From an uncultured Methanosarcinales archaeon (GTDB lineage: Archaea > Nanobdellota > Nanobdellia > Woesearchaeales > DSVV01), in the NCBI GenBank assembly GCA_964556185.1, contig CAZKVI010000003.1, positions 2,089-66,088 on the forward strand: a stretch of DNA of 64,000 nucleotides. The letters run 5' to 3'. The notes under the pieces are model-generated. The model saw nothing but the letters and a program-made list of their open reading frames with translations, was not told where the DNA came from and ran no database searches. Both the position numbers and the translations under genes were made by a program. Positions 1 to 9,339 of this stretch are shown one piece after another. How positions within the stretch are numbered: the first letter of the stretch is position 1; each line of letters starts with the position of its first letter.

Positions 1-683
1 AACGAGGTTTTGCAGTTAAACAAAAATATCTTGTAAAAACTTTTGTAATCGGCGGATTAATATTTGGATTAGTTCCAATTGCATTGTGTTTATTAGGGTT
101 TGTTGCAGCAAATCCAGCTGTAAGTATAGAAGTAGCAGATCCACAAATGGTTGGTCCATTAGTTATTGGACACTTTTTACCAAAAGCAGCATTATTGTTA
201 TTTGTATTTATGGCTTTTGCAGGTTTGTCCTCGACACTAGACTCTGCTTATTGTGCAATTAGTTCTTTGGGAACAATTGATTTGTATAAAAAATACATAA
301 ATCCAAATGCAAGTAGTAGAATATTATTAAAAGTTTCAAGAACTTTAATGATAGCCATGGCTGTAATTGGTACAGTAATTGCATTATTACAACCAAAACT
401 ACTTTGGGTGTTCTTAATTTACGGTGCACTAGCATCTGCTGCCTTATTTCCAACAATATTTAGTTTGTATTGGGATAGATTAGAGAAAAATGCTGCATTC
501 TTAGCAGTAGCATTGTCCTTAGTAATTGGATTACCACTTTCAATCTATGCCAATGTTGTTGAGAATGTAAACTTGATTGTATTAGCAGCAGTATTAAGCG
601 CAACTATTGGATTAGTTGTTTGTTTAGTTGGTGGATTCATGAATACAAAACGATATAAGTTTGAAGTTTACGAGAAAGAGTAA
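1..683 (+). CDS. sodium:solute symporter family protein, C-terminal part (5' end lies outside the window)
   Basis: Frame 3 is open from nt 3 with no stop before the listed ORF at 84. The product is all hydrophobic TM segments. 'GLSSTLDSAYCAISSLGTIDLY' resembles the conserved SSS-family TM motif. Confidence 0.5.
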   Translation, partial: RGFAVKQKYLVKTFVIGGLIFGLVPIALCLLGFVAANPAVSIEVADPQMVGPLVIGHFLPKAALLLFVFMAFAGLSSTLDSAYCAISSLGTIDLYKKYINPNASSRILLKVSRTLMIAMAVIGTVIALLQPKLLWVFLIYGALASAALFPTIFSLYWDRLEKNAAFLAVALSLVIGLPLSIYANVVENVNLIVLAAVLSATIGLVVCLVGGFMNTKRYKFEVYEKE

Positions 684-1055
684 TCAAACCTCACAAACCA
701 ATCTAGAATTTGGCAATGGCTCAGAGATCTGTTGCATTATGATTGGATTCTTTTCTATAATTTTATTTCTAATCTCTACTTGGAACATCAATCTAATCTC
801 TAATTTTCCATCATTAACACTTACATTAAATTCCCATTTTGGAATTTTTAAAAGTTTATTCTTACTTAATTCTAAAAATTTAGATGCTTCGAATATTTGA
901 ATACCAACAATATAACCTTCTTTATCTATATCAAGAACTATGTTCTCCAATTCTATTGATTTAATATAATCTCTTTCTAATGTTTTAAAGAATAATATAT
1001 CTTGTTTAAAGTCATAATCAAATTCTCCTTTTGCTCTTAAAAATTTATCTTTCAT
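684..1055 (-). CDS. DUF2283 (YuzE-like) small protein
   Basis: 123-aa ORF. The 'DYD..D.L....Y..S.E..VLDIDKEGYIVGIQIFEAS' pattern is typical of DUF2283. Confidence 0.4.
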   Translation of the reverse strand: MKDKFLRAKGEFDYDFKQDILFFKTLERDYIKSIELENIVLDIDKEGYIVGIQIFEASKFLELSKNKLLKIPKWEFNVSVNDGKLEIRLMFQVEIRNKIIEKNPIIMQQISEPLPNSRLVCEV

Positions 1056-1057
1056 TG

Positions 1058-1408
1058 TTATCTATGTTTAACAACAATCTTTTTCTTTATTTTGTTGTGT
1101 ACATGGTGTTTGGTTGTTTCCCAATAGAAATCTCTGAATTTTTTAATTACTGGGTTTGTTAATGCAAGTTTATACATCTTGGCTTTTCCAACAATTCTTG
1201 TATTAATTACAATTCCTTCATCTTCTAATCTTTGCCAAAATAATTTTAATGTAGAATAACCAACTCCAGATAAACTAGCTATGTCTGTCATACTGTAATC
1301 AAAGTCTTCATTAACTACAAGAAAATCTAAAACTCTCAAAATAGGAGTATCTCCAAATATTTCCAAAAATACTGTTTTTCCTTCCATTGTATACATAATA
1401 AGACACAT
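1058..1408 (-). CDS. winged-helix transcriptional regulator
   Basis: 'YSMTDIASLSGVGYSTLKLFWQRLEDEGIV' is an HTH plus wing. Several in-frame ATGs at the 5' end leave the start uncertain. Confidence 0.5.
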   Translation of the reverse strand: MCLIMYTMEGKTVFLEIFGDTPILRVLDFLVVNEDFDYSMTDIASLSGVGYSTLKLFWQRLEDEGIVINTRIVGKAKMYKLALTNPVIKKFRDFYWETTKHHVHNKIKKKIVVKHR

Positions 1409-1502
1409 TTCATATATAAATCTTTCTATTTATAGCCAATATAAGCTATATATAAGAACTAAAATAAATAAGCTTTTAAATAATTACTTTATTGAATTTT
1501 TT

Positions 1503-1772
1503 ATGGGGAAAAAGTTAACTAATTCTGATTATGTAAAAATTAAGAAAAACATTCTTAAAAGATTATATTCTAAACAAGCATTTAGTCAAGGCCATTTGTT
1601 ATATGAAAGATTACGATCAAGTATCCCCCCTCATTTACATGGATTTGTAGAAGATGTTCTTAAAGATCTTATAAAAGATGGGTTAGTTATATCTTATGGA
1701 AAAACAAAACATGGAAATGCTTATCAATTAAATATTAAGAAATTAGATGAGATTGAGAATATAATAATTTAA
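1503..1772 (+). CDS. hypothetical small protein (possible wHTH)
   Basis: 89-aa ORF with a TATA-like 'ttttaaataatt' upstream. No recognisable family. Confidence 0.3.
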   Translation: MGKKLTNSDYVKIKKNILKRLYSKQAFSQGHLLYERLRSSIPPHLHGFVEDVLKDLIKDGLVISYGKTKHGNAYQLNIKKLDEIENIII

Positions 1773-2914
1773 TTGAAATAACTCAAAACCCTATCTATTT
1801 TTTTATTTTTCTTATATTCTTTAGCTAAAGACATAACTTTCTTCTTGTCAATATCCAATCCACTTCTCTCGATAAACTTACCTGAAGAGAAGAATTGCAG
1901 AACTTGAGTTACATTCTTTGGTCTTTCAGAATAATTAGATCTTTCAAAGTCAATCAAATGAATTTTGTTCTTGTCGTCGATTATAATATGTTTCATTGGT
2001 TTATGCATCTCTTCTTTGTTTATGTTTAATTCATCCATTTTCTTCATCAATCGCAATAATTGTCTCATTACATCTTTTATTTCTTTTTTATTTCCTTTCT
2101 CAAATAAATCATGTATCAATTTCCCGTCAACAAATTCCATTACAAAGTAATCATCGCAACCAAAACACAATTTTGGACCTATTTTTTCTTTATTTAGTTT
2201 CTTTAGCCAGTTTTTCTCAATCTTTACTCTTGATATTGCTTCACTCATAGGATTTTTAGATTTGACAACAACTTTTTTACCTTTATAATTAGCTAAAAAC
2301 AATAATCCTCTATTACCTTTTGTAAAATATTGAACATTTGTTAATCCTTTTCCTTCTAAAGTTTTCAAAAACTTTTGTTTTTCAATAATATAAACATACA
2401 ATTCTTCAAAACCAACTTTCAACTTATCAATTTCCTTAAACTCAAATAAATTTCTATCTAAAATCTCACAAACTTTCTTTTTCTTAGATAATGAACTAAA
2501 TAATAACAATATTTTACCATTTTCAACTAAATAAGAATTAACATTATCCAAAAACCTCTCAATAAGTTCATAACCTTTTTTACCTCCATCTAATGCAATA
2601 TCTCGAGCATAATCTTTCTCAGGATCTGGTAAATAAGGCGGATTAAAAATAACTAAATCAAACTTCCCAGTAACTTTTGAGAACAAATCACTTTCAATAA
2701 CTTTTACATTCTTCAAATTTTGTTGTTTAACATTCTTTTGAACAAACTTAACAGCTTCTGGATTAATATCAACAGCTAATACATTAGCATATTTAGCAGC
2801 TTCTAAAGCAAGTATTCCAGAACCAGTACCTATTTCCAATACATTACCTTTGCAATAGTCTTTCAAATGCTTTTGCAATAGATAAGAGTCTTCTCTTGGT
2901 TGATATATTTCCAT
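1769..2914 (-). CDS. fusion of an N5-glutamine/HemK-Mtq2-type SAM methyltransferase and a Bud32/RIO-like small kinase-fold domain
   Basis: N-terminal part has 'VLEIGTGSGILAL', 'DINPEAV' and 'FNPPYLP' (the NPPY motif). C-terminal part has 'KKVVVKSK', 'YFVMEFVDG' and 'KIHLIDFERS' (kinase-like VAIK, hinge and DFG-like order). Confidence 0.6.
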   Translation of the reverse strand: MEIYQPREDSYLLQKHLKDYCKGNVLEIGTGSGILALEAAKYANVLAVDINPEAVKFVQKNVKQQNLKNVKVIESDLFSKVTGKFDLVIFNPPYLPDPEKDYARDIALDGGKKGYELIERFLDNVNSYLVENGKILLLFSSLSKKKKVCEILDRNLFEFKEIDKLKVGFEELYVYIIEKQKFLKTLEGKGLTNVQYFTKGNRGLLFLANYKGKKVVVKSKNPMSEAISRVKIEKNWLKKLNKEKIGPKLCFGCDDYFVMEFVDGKLIHDLFEKGNKKEIKDVMRQLLRLMKKMDELNINKEEMHKPMKHIIIDDKNKIHLIDFERSNYSERPKNVTQVLQFFSSGKFIERSGLDIDKKKVMSLAKEYKKNKKIDRVLSYFN

Positions 2915-2950
2915 AAAGGTAATAATTCATAACTATTTATTAATTCTTTC

Positions 2951-3412
2951 CTAAAAATCCAAATCAATTTTCCTAAAATAGTCAGTTACTCTGCTCATTA
3001 TTGGTGGTAAAACATATTGTTCAATCTTCTCCCTATAAACATCTTGTAAATCACTGAATTCAACAATTCTATAATTATTCTTAATTTTCTCAACAAGAAA
3101 AATATCTCGAAGTCTTTTAATTTGTCTTCTTACATTTGAAGAAGCCACTCCAGTCAAAGGTAATTCATAATTATTCCTTGTTTCAATTACCATTGATCTT
3201 ATTTCATCAGAACTTAAGTTCTTTCTGTCTTTTTTTGCTTCTAAAATAACATAGAGTACATCAACAATTACATCTCTACTATCACCTGGCTGTAAAAGAC
3301 CCATGCTTAAGCAGAACTTTCTTACTAATTCTCTTTTATCCAAGGAATCTGGTTTTTCATATCTTCTTAATGTGAGTTCCATCAAAGGAGTATCGCGGGA
3401 GATTGTTGCCAT
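2951..3412 (-). CDS. hypothetical protein (possible DNA/RNA-binding)
   Basis: Start moved to ATG 3412 (MATISRD), which is preceded by GAGGTGAT at 3424-3417. The longer listed ORF runs into the SRP RNA element. Confidence 0.5.
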   Translation of the reverse strand: MATISRDTPLMELTLRRYEKPDSLDKRELVRKFCLSMGLLQPGDSRDVIVDVLYVILEAKKDRKNLSSDEIRSMVIETRNNYELPLTGVASSNVRRQIKRLRDIFLVEKIKNNYRIVEFSDLQDVYREKIEQYVLPPIMSRVTDYFRKIDLDF

Positions 3413-3433
3413 AATTATCACCTCAATTATATG

Positions 3434-3547
3434 TAGCAGCATTGAGCTCAAAATTCACTCAAAGAACACATCGCGACCGTTGCGAGGGGTTGCTCCCTCC
3501 GGGAACGCAGGTCCTTTGAAACATCATCCAGAATTTTGAAGCTGCTA
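3434..3547 (-). ncRNA. ffs: SRP RNA (7S/4.5S-like), apparently only helix 5 plus helix 8
   Basis: The minus strand reads 'GGACCUGCGUUCCCGGAGGGAGCAACCCCUCGCAACGGUC'. This contains the near-universal helix-8 motif CCCGGA(A)GGGAGCAAC. It is closed by long terminal pairing TAGCAGC/GCUGCUA and UCAAAAUUC/GAAUUUUGA. A TATA 'GTATATAAAC' lies about 21 nt upstream. The element is a GC island in AT-rich DNA. Confidence 0.55.
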
Positions 3548-3741
3548 TATTTATTATGATCAAACTTGTTTATATACTTCACACCAACCTGTCCAGTGTA
3601 AACAATAATACAAGCTATAACAACAAAATATAGCTAATACAAGCCATATCAACCACTCGCCAACACCTTGTCCAATACATTATTTACATATAAAAAAACT
3701 AAAATTCTGTCCACTGGATGCTAAGAAATAATAAGTAATTC

Positions 3742-6700
3742 CTAAACCTTCTCACAACTTATCAAAACTTCCATCTTTTTAATCTTCTCTTTAGAACAAT
3801 CTTGTAATGTGTCTGCTTCAACACCAACAAAGATCTCAACAGCCCCACATTTGTCTTTAATATCATCTTGCCATTTGATTAACATATCAACATATGATTG
3901 AGTACTCTGCAAATGCAATTTAATATTATCTTTTTTCTCCAATCCTAACTTTTTCCTAAATGCTTGAACTCTTCGCATGACTTCTCTGGAATAACCTTCT
4001 GCATCTAAGTCAGGAGTTCTTGTTTTATCTAAAAACAATTGTCCATGTCTATATTCTGCTTCAACTAAGTTCTCAGGCAGTTCTTTCTCAATAATAAAGT
4101 GCTCTTTTTTCAAACTTACTTTATGTCCATCTAAAACAACAGTATGTGCACCTTTTTCAACATCTGCCAAGATTTTCTCGTCAGCAACTTGTATTAATCT
4201 AGTAATTATTTTAGGAACTAATTCACCATATTCTTGACCAATTGTTCTATGGTTTGGTTTCATTTTTATCTTAACTTCAGTACACTTATCAACTAATTCA
4301 ATATGTTTGACATTTGTTTGTTTTTTAATAGTTTCATCTAACTTAGTAATAGATTCAATAGTATCATTATCAGTAACTACAATCCTAATTTTACCAACAG
4401 GCCATCTTACTCCTAGTTGTGCTCTTTCACGAGCAGCTAAAATACTTTGAATTGTATCTTTTGCAATAGAAAACTCTTTTTCTAAAGAGTTATCAATAAA
4501 CTTTGCATCAAATTTAGGCCAATCAAACAAATGAATACTCTCAACCTCAAGATCAAAGTACTCTTTCAAATCTTGATACATTCTCTCAGCTATAAATGGA
4601 GAAACAATTGCAAACATTTTCAAATTCTCTAAAAATGTTTCAAATATAACATTAAATACAACTTGTTTTTGTTCTTCCAACCCAAGAGCTGCTTTCTCAC
4701 GAACCAATTGAATATATGTTCTTGATAATTCCATAAATATTTCTTCAACTTTCAAAGGAACTTCATTTATCTTATAACTATCCATTAATTCTGTTATTTC
4801 TTTAATACCAGAATGTAATTTTGAAATCATATACTCTTCTTCTTGTTCTAAACAATTCTTATCAATTCCAGTGAATTTCAAACCATTATTCTTAGCTAAA
4901 TCAATTATAAACTTGTGCAGATTCCAATACACACCTAAATTCTTATATTTTAATTTACAGTCATCAAAATTATAATTAATATCAATTCCAGGATTAGCTC
5001 CACCAATCATATAATATCTTAATGTGTCTGCTCCGTATTTATCAACAACTTCTTGAGGTAAAATATAATTACCAAGAGATTTACTCATCTTACGTCCCTG
5101 TGAATCTTGTACAAAACCATGCATGTAAACATTTCTAAAAGAAGGTTTTTCCATGCTTACCATAGAAGCAACATGTAATAAATTAAACCAACCTCTAATT
5201 TGATCTTTTCCTTCTAAAATAAAATCAGGTGGAAACAAATTCTTAAAATTCTCTTCTTTATGTGGATAATCCAAACAAATCCATGAAGTACAACCAGCAT
5301 CTACCCAAACATCTAAAATATCTGGAATTCTTTTTTTAACACCACCACAATCACATTTGATTGTTACTTCATCAATCCAAGGTTTATGTAATTTCTCTAC
5401 TTTTTGTCCTGATAACTTTTCTAATTCAGCAACATCACCGACGACAATATAATTATCACACTCTTCACATCTCCATACTGGTACTGGTGTTCCCCAGAAT
5501 CTTTGTTTTGTAATAGAATTGTCTCTTAAGTTTTCTAACCATGAATTAAAAGCATTATAAGCAGCTTGAGGTACCCATTTAATTTTATTATTCTCTTCAA
5601 TTAACTTTTCTTTCATATCATCTACTTTAAAGAACCATTGTTTTGTAGTTTTATAGACAACAGCTTCATGACATCTCCAACAATGTGCATAACTATGATT
5701 AGTTTTACTTTGTGCAATTAAAGTGCCATTCTCATCCATTAGTTCAACAAATTTCTTATCATCTTTCTTAGCAACTAAACCAGAGAACTTTGAATCATCC
5801 TTTGGATATGTGCCATTTTCATCAATAAGATTAAATGGTTTAATACCTTTTCTTACACATAATTCATAATCAGAATCCCCGCAACCAGGTGCAAAATGCA
5901 CTAAACCAGTACCATCATCTAAATGTACATATTCATCTGATAATAAAACTGTATAAATCTTATCTTGTGTTTTTCTTGCTTCTTTAATTTGAGGAAATGA
6001 ATTTTCAAAAGAAGGAATATATTCTTTGCCTTCTAATTTCTTTCCTTTGAATTCTTCAACAATTTCATAATCTTTTCCTGCTTTTAATTTAATAACTTCT
6101 TCTGCAAGGTCTTTTGCAACAATCCAATGTTCATCACCAACTTTACATTTAACATATTCAAAATCAGGATGTACAACAACTGCTAGATTAAAAGGAATTG
6201 TCCATGGAGTTGTTGTCCAAATGATTAAATAATCATTTTCAGTTCCTCTTAATTTAAATCTTAAATAAATAGAATCATCAGTAATATCTTGGTATTCTAA
6301 TTCATGCTTTGCTAATGCTGTTGCACACGAAGCACACCAAGTCATTGCTCTTTCTCCTTCATACAATCTTTTATTTTCATGTGCTTTTTTAATTAACCAC
6401 CATTCTCCTTCAATAAATTCTTTTGAAATAGGTTGGTAAGCATTTTCAAAGCCCATCCATACACCTAATCTAGTAAAATCCTTATTCATTACATGCATAT
6501 TTTCTATAGATAGTTTTTTACATTCTTCAATAAACTTAGCAACACCAAACTTCTTGATTCCTTCTTTTCCATTAATTCCTAGTTTCTTTTCAACTGCATG
6601 CGCTGTAGGTAATCCATGCATATCATAGCCAGCTCTATCCCAAACATTGAAACCAGCCATTCTTTTATATCTAAGAACCATATCTTTTAGTGATTTGTTC

Positions 6701-6870
6701 CAAGCAGTACCTATATGAACCTTCCCAGAAGTATAAGGTGGTCCATCTAAGAAATAGTAGTCTTGGCCATCTTTACATTTATCTTTAGCTTTCTGGTATA
6801 TACTGTTCTTATCCCAGAACTCTAAAGTGCCTTCTTCAACTTCCTTGAAATCATAATTCCCTACTTGCAT
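3742..6870 (-). CDS. ileS: isoleucyl-tRNA synthetase
   Basis: Contains 'PPYTSGKVHIGTAWNK' (HIGH), 'KMSKSLGN' (KMSKS), zinc-binding CxxC pairs and the editing domain. Start placed at MQVGNYDF (ATG 6870), 26 nt downstream of the TATA 'atatttataaatc'. Confidence 0.95.
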   Translation of the reverse strand: MQVGNYDFKEVEEGTLEFWDKNSIYQKAKDKCKDGQDYYFLDGPPYTSGKVHIGTAWNKSLKDMVLRYKRMAGFNVWDRAGYDMHGLPTAHAVEKKLGINGKEGIKKFGVAKFIEECKKLSIENMHVMNKDFTRLGVWMGFENAYQPISKEFIEGEWWLIKKAHENKRLYEGERAMTWCASCATALAKHELEYQDITDDSIYLRFKLRGTENDYLIIWTTTPWTIPFNLAVVVHPDFEYVKCKVGDEHWIVAKDLAEEVIKLKAGKDYEIVEEFKGKKLEGKEYIPSFENSFPQIKEARKTQDKIYTVLLSDEYVHLDDGTGLVHFAPGCGDSDYELCVRKGIKPFNLIDENGTYPKDDSKFSGLVAKKDDKKFVELMDENGTLIAQSKTNHSYAHCWRCHEAVVYKTTKQWFFKVDDMKEKLIEENNKIKWVPQAAYNAFNSWLENLRDNSITKQRFWGTPVPVWRCEECDNYIVVGDVAELEKLSGQKVEKLHKPWIDEVTIKCDCGGVKKRIPDILDVWVDAGCTSWICLDYPHKEENFKNLFPPDFILEGKDQIRGWFNLLHVASMVSMEKPSFRNVYMHGFVQDSQGRKMSKSLGNYILPQEVVDKYGADTLRYYMIGGANPGIDINYNFDDCKLKYKNLGVYWNLHKFIIDLAKNNGLKFTGIDKNCLEQEEEYMISKLHSGIKEITELMDSYKINEVPLKVEEIFMELSRTYIQLVREKAALGLEEQKQVVFNVIFETFLENLKMFAIVSPFIAERMYQDLKEYFDLEVESIHLFDWPKFDAKFIDNSLEKEFSIAKDTIQSILAARERAQLGVRWPVGKIRIVVTDNDTIESITKLDETIKKQTNVKHIELVDKCTEVKIKMKPNHRTIGQEYGELVPKIITRLIQVADEKILADVEKGAHTVVLDGHKVSLKKEHFIIEKELPENLVEAEYRHGQLFLDKTRTPDLDAEGYSREVMRRVQAFRKKLGLEKKDNIKLHLQSTQSYVDMLIKWQDDIKDKCGAVEIFVGVEADTLQDCSKEKIKKMEVLISCEKV

Positions 6871-6991
6871 AAGAATTAGTGAATGAATGAGTGATTTATA
6901 AATATTATGGCATAATAACACATATTATATATGAAAAAGGCGTATTTTATTACACAAAAATTTAAATACTTCCTTACCAAGAAATTAAATC

Positions 6992-7219
6992 ATGGCTAAA
7001 TTATGGTTCAAAGCTAAGAAATATGGATGGGGATGGACTCCATGCACAAAAGAAGGATGGTTAATAACTTTGCTTTTTATTTTAGCTGTAATAACAATAG
7101 CAATGAGATACGCAGAAACAAATAGTATAATGTTCTTTACTTCTTTGATTGCATTAATAGCAATTTTCTTATTAATTGCTTACAAAAAAGGCGAAAAACC
7201 AAGATGGTCTTGGGGATAA
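6992..7219 (+). CDS. small membrane protein
   Basis: 75 aa with two predicted TM helices. The N-terminus is W/K-rich. Confidence 0.4.
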   Translation: MAKLWFKAKKYGWGWTPCTKEGWLITLLFILAVITIAMRYAETNSIMFFTSLIALIAIFLLIAYKKGEKPRWSWG

Positions 7220-7239
7220 TAAAAATCGAGGTGAATTAA

Positions 7240-7452
7240 ATGGGATTAATAAATTGGATGGAAAGTATGATAAAAAAGATGAAATGGTATGATATTTCAC
7301 TTGTTAAAATGTCAACACTATGTTCAACATTGTTTTTAATGACAGTTTGGCCAGCATTTGCAAACTTTGTATACAGCATTGCTTGGTATTATTGGTTAAT
7401 CTTAGTGTTTGTATTCGCAGCAATACCATTGAAAAGAATGTTTCTAGATTGA
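7240..7452 (+). CDS. small membrane protein
   Basis: 70 aa with two hydrophobic helices. SD 'cgaggtga' lies upstream. Confidence 0.4.
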   Translation: MGLINWMESMIKKMKWYDISLVKMSTLCSTLFLMTVWPAFANFVYSIAWYYWLILVFVFAAIPLKRMFLD

Positions 7453-8769
7453 ACATAACATATGCTCTCTGAAGAAATTCATCTTCCGAGGGTATTTATT
7501 TATTTTTTCTATTGTTTTCTTATAATTATTTCTTAATTTAATAGCTTCTTTATTAGTCAATCCTGAAGAAACTTCATAAGTTAATCTAGGCTCCAATACA
7601 GTTCTTTGTTCTTCAATAATCTTAGTTATTTTGAATTTCTTTGGGTTTTTGTATACTTGAGAATCTTTTTGCAAACCAAATATTGAAACAGAGACTAAAT
7701 CAATATATTCATCATTATCTTTTAAGAATTGAATAGTTTCTAAGAATTCTTCTCTAGTTTCCCCTGGAAAACCAAACATTATGTAGACTACATTCTTTAT
7801 TCCTACTTCATGTGAATGTTTTAATACTTTTTCAACTTCTTCTTTGTTTGTTCCTTTGTTCATTAATTTCAAAACTCTATTATTTCCAGACTCAACACCC
7901 CAAATAACCATTGATAAACCAGATTCTTTTAATTTAACTAATGTTTCTTTGTTAATATCTTTTGGTTTTAATTGACAAGTGTAATTAACTTTTAATGGTT
8001 TTAAAACATTAGCTATTTCTAATAATCTTTTCTCATGTATCATGTCATCAATTAAAAAGAAATGTTTTTGTTTTGATTTCTTAATTGTTTGTTTTATTAA
8101 TTCTAAATTATATTCACAATAAGGTTGATTTGTAAAATGTGTACAAAAAGTACATCCTTTATAATAACAAGTTGATGATGTTTTAATTGGAATAACTGGT
8201 TCTGGACAAAAATACTCTTTTAGATTGTAAATAGAAAAATCAGGAACAATTTCACAGTTTAATTCATCATGTTTCACTTCTTCACCAATATATTTCAATA
8301 ATTCAACTTCATTATTCAAACACTTGGCCAGAGATTTTAATTTATCATTAACAGCAGGCCCACCAATTACAACATTCTTTAATTCTTTCAATAAAGCATA
8401 TGCATAAAATGCTTGACTTGAATAAACTAAACTAAATAAAACCAAATCAGGTTTCTTTTCTTGAATTTTCTTTAACATTTCTTCAAACAATTCTGGTTTT
8501 TCACCATTTACAACTGCTCTATTATTTTTCAGATATAATTTTGAAGTTATTTTGTTAAATTCTGTTGTTGTTTTTTCATAATCATCAAATTTACCTTCTT
8601 GGTAGTATTTATGATACTCTGGAAATTTCTTTTTATGAAATTCTAAATTCAAATCTAATACATCAATATTATGCTTTGAATTAGCCTTTAGAAATGAAGC
8701 TAAATAAGTCAATGAATAAGGAGGACTCGCAGGAGTACAAAACGGTAAATATACTAGTAATATGTTCAT
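7444..8769 (-). CDS. B12-binding-domain radical SAM protein
   Basis: The N-terminus is a Rossmann-like B12-binding region. 'CYYKGCTFCTH' is the CxxxCxxC radical-SAM cluster motif, followed by 'VIWGVESGN'. Confidence 0.75.
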   Translation of the reverse strand: MNILLVYLPFCTPASPPYSLTYLASFLKANSKHNIDVLDLNLEFHKKKFPEYHKYYQEGKFDDYEKTTTEFNKITSKLYLKNNRAVVNGEKPELFEEMLKKIQEKKPDLVLFSLVYSSQAFYAYALLKELKNVVIGGPAVNDKLKSLAKCLNNEVELLKYIGEEVKHDELNCEIVPDFSIYNLKEYFCPEPVIPIKTSSTCYYKGCTFCTHFTNQPYCEYNLELIKQTIKKSKQKHFFLIDDMIHEKRLLEIANVLKPLKVNYTCQLKPKDINKETLVKLKESGLSMVIWGVESGNNRVLKLMNKGTNKEEVEKVLKHSHEVGIKNVVYIMFGFPGETREEFLETIQFLKDNDEYIDLVSVSIFGLQKDSQVYKNPKKFKITKIIEEQRTVLEPRLTYEVSSGLTNKEAIKLRNNYKKTIEKINKYPRKMNFFREHMLCSI

Positions 8770-8852
8770 TTCTTTAGTTAATTATCAATTGTTATTAAGG
8801 TTTTGGGTAAATAAGCATAGTCTTATATACTACCACTAATTTCACATGAATT

Positions 8853-9290
8853 ATGGGAAGATTTGAAGGTTCAAGAGGCAGAAGTTCTGGCCGTGGAAGA
8901 GACTCAAGAAGAGGCGGTAGAAGCGGCAATAGAAGAGATTCTAGTTATAGTAGAGACTCTAGCAGAAGTAATTATGGCAGAAGAGACTCTGGCAGAAGTT
9001 CTTATGGTGGAAGATCTAGCAGAGGCAGAGATTCTGGACGAAGTTATGGTGGCAGAGGCAGTAGAAGAGATAGTAATGACATTGAAATGACCAAAGTTAT
9101 TTGTGCTTCTTGTAAAGAAGAATGCGAAATCCCATTCAAACCTAAAACAGACAAGCCAGTCTATTGCAGAGATTGTTATTCAAAAGAAGGCAATGGCAGA
9201 TCATCTGGCAGATCTAATAATTCTAGCAGAGACCTTGACCAAATCAACGAAAAACTCAACAAAATCATGAAAGCATTAAATGTTGAATAA
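8853..9290 (+). CDS. RG/RS-rich low-complexity protein with a C-terminal CxxC...CxxC zinc ribbon (probably RNA-binding)
   Basis: About 75 aa of GR/SR/RD repeats are followed by 'CASCKEECEIPFKPKTDKPVYCRDCY'. Confidence 0.6.
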   Translation: MGRFEGSRGRSSGRGRDSRRGGRSGNRRDSSYSRDSSRSNYGRRDSGRSSYGGRSSRGRDSGRSYGGRGSRRDSNDIEMTKVICASCKEECEIPFKPKTDKPVYCRDCYSKEGNGRSSGRSNNSSRDLDQINEKLNKIMKALNVE

Positions 9291-9339
9291 ACTCTTAGTT
9301 AGGTTTATATACTGTATTTGATTTCTCTAGTATAAAGAG

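Noticed and set aside
3303-3539. 78-aa plus-strand ORF.
   Set aside because: It is antisense to gene 2951-3412 and runs across the SRP RNA element. It has no start context.
3548-3741. ORF-free 190-nt spacer with the hairpin AGCTATA-N9-TATAGCT and the inverted repeat TCCAGTG...CACTGGA.
   Set aside because: It probably contains the ileS terminator (T7 on the minus strand) and the SRP RNA promoter. The structures are AT-rich and weak, and there is no promoter/terminator pair for a separate RNA.
8863-9090. Alternative-frame 75-aa ORF inside the RG-rich gene (E/A/V-rich).
   Set aside because: It is a frame-shifted reading of the GA-rich repeat DNA. The +1-frame product has the SD-less leaderless start and continues into a zinc ribbon.
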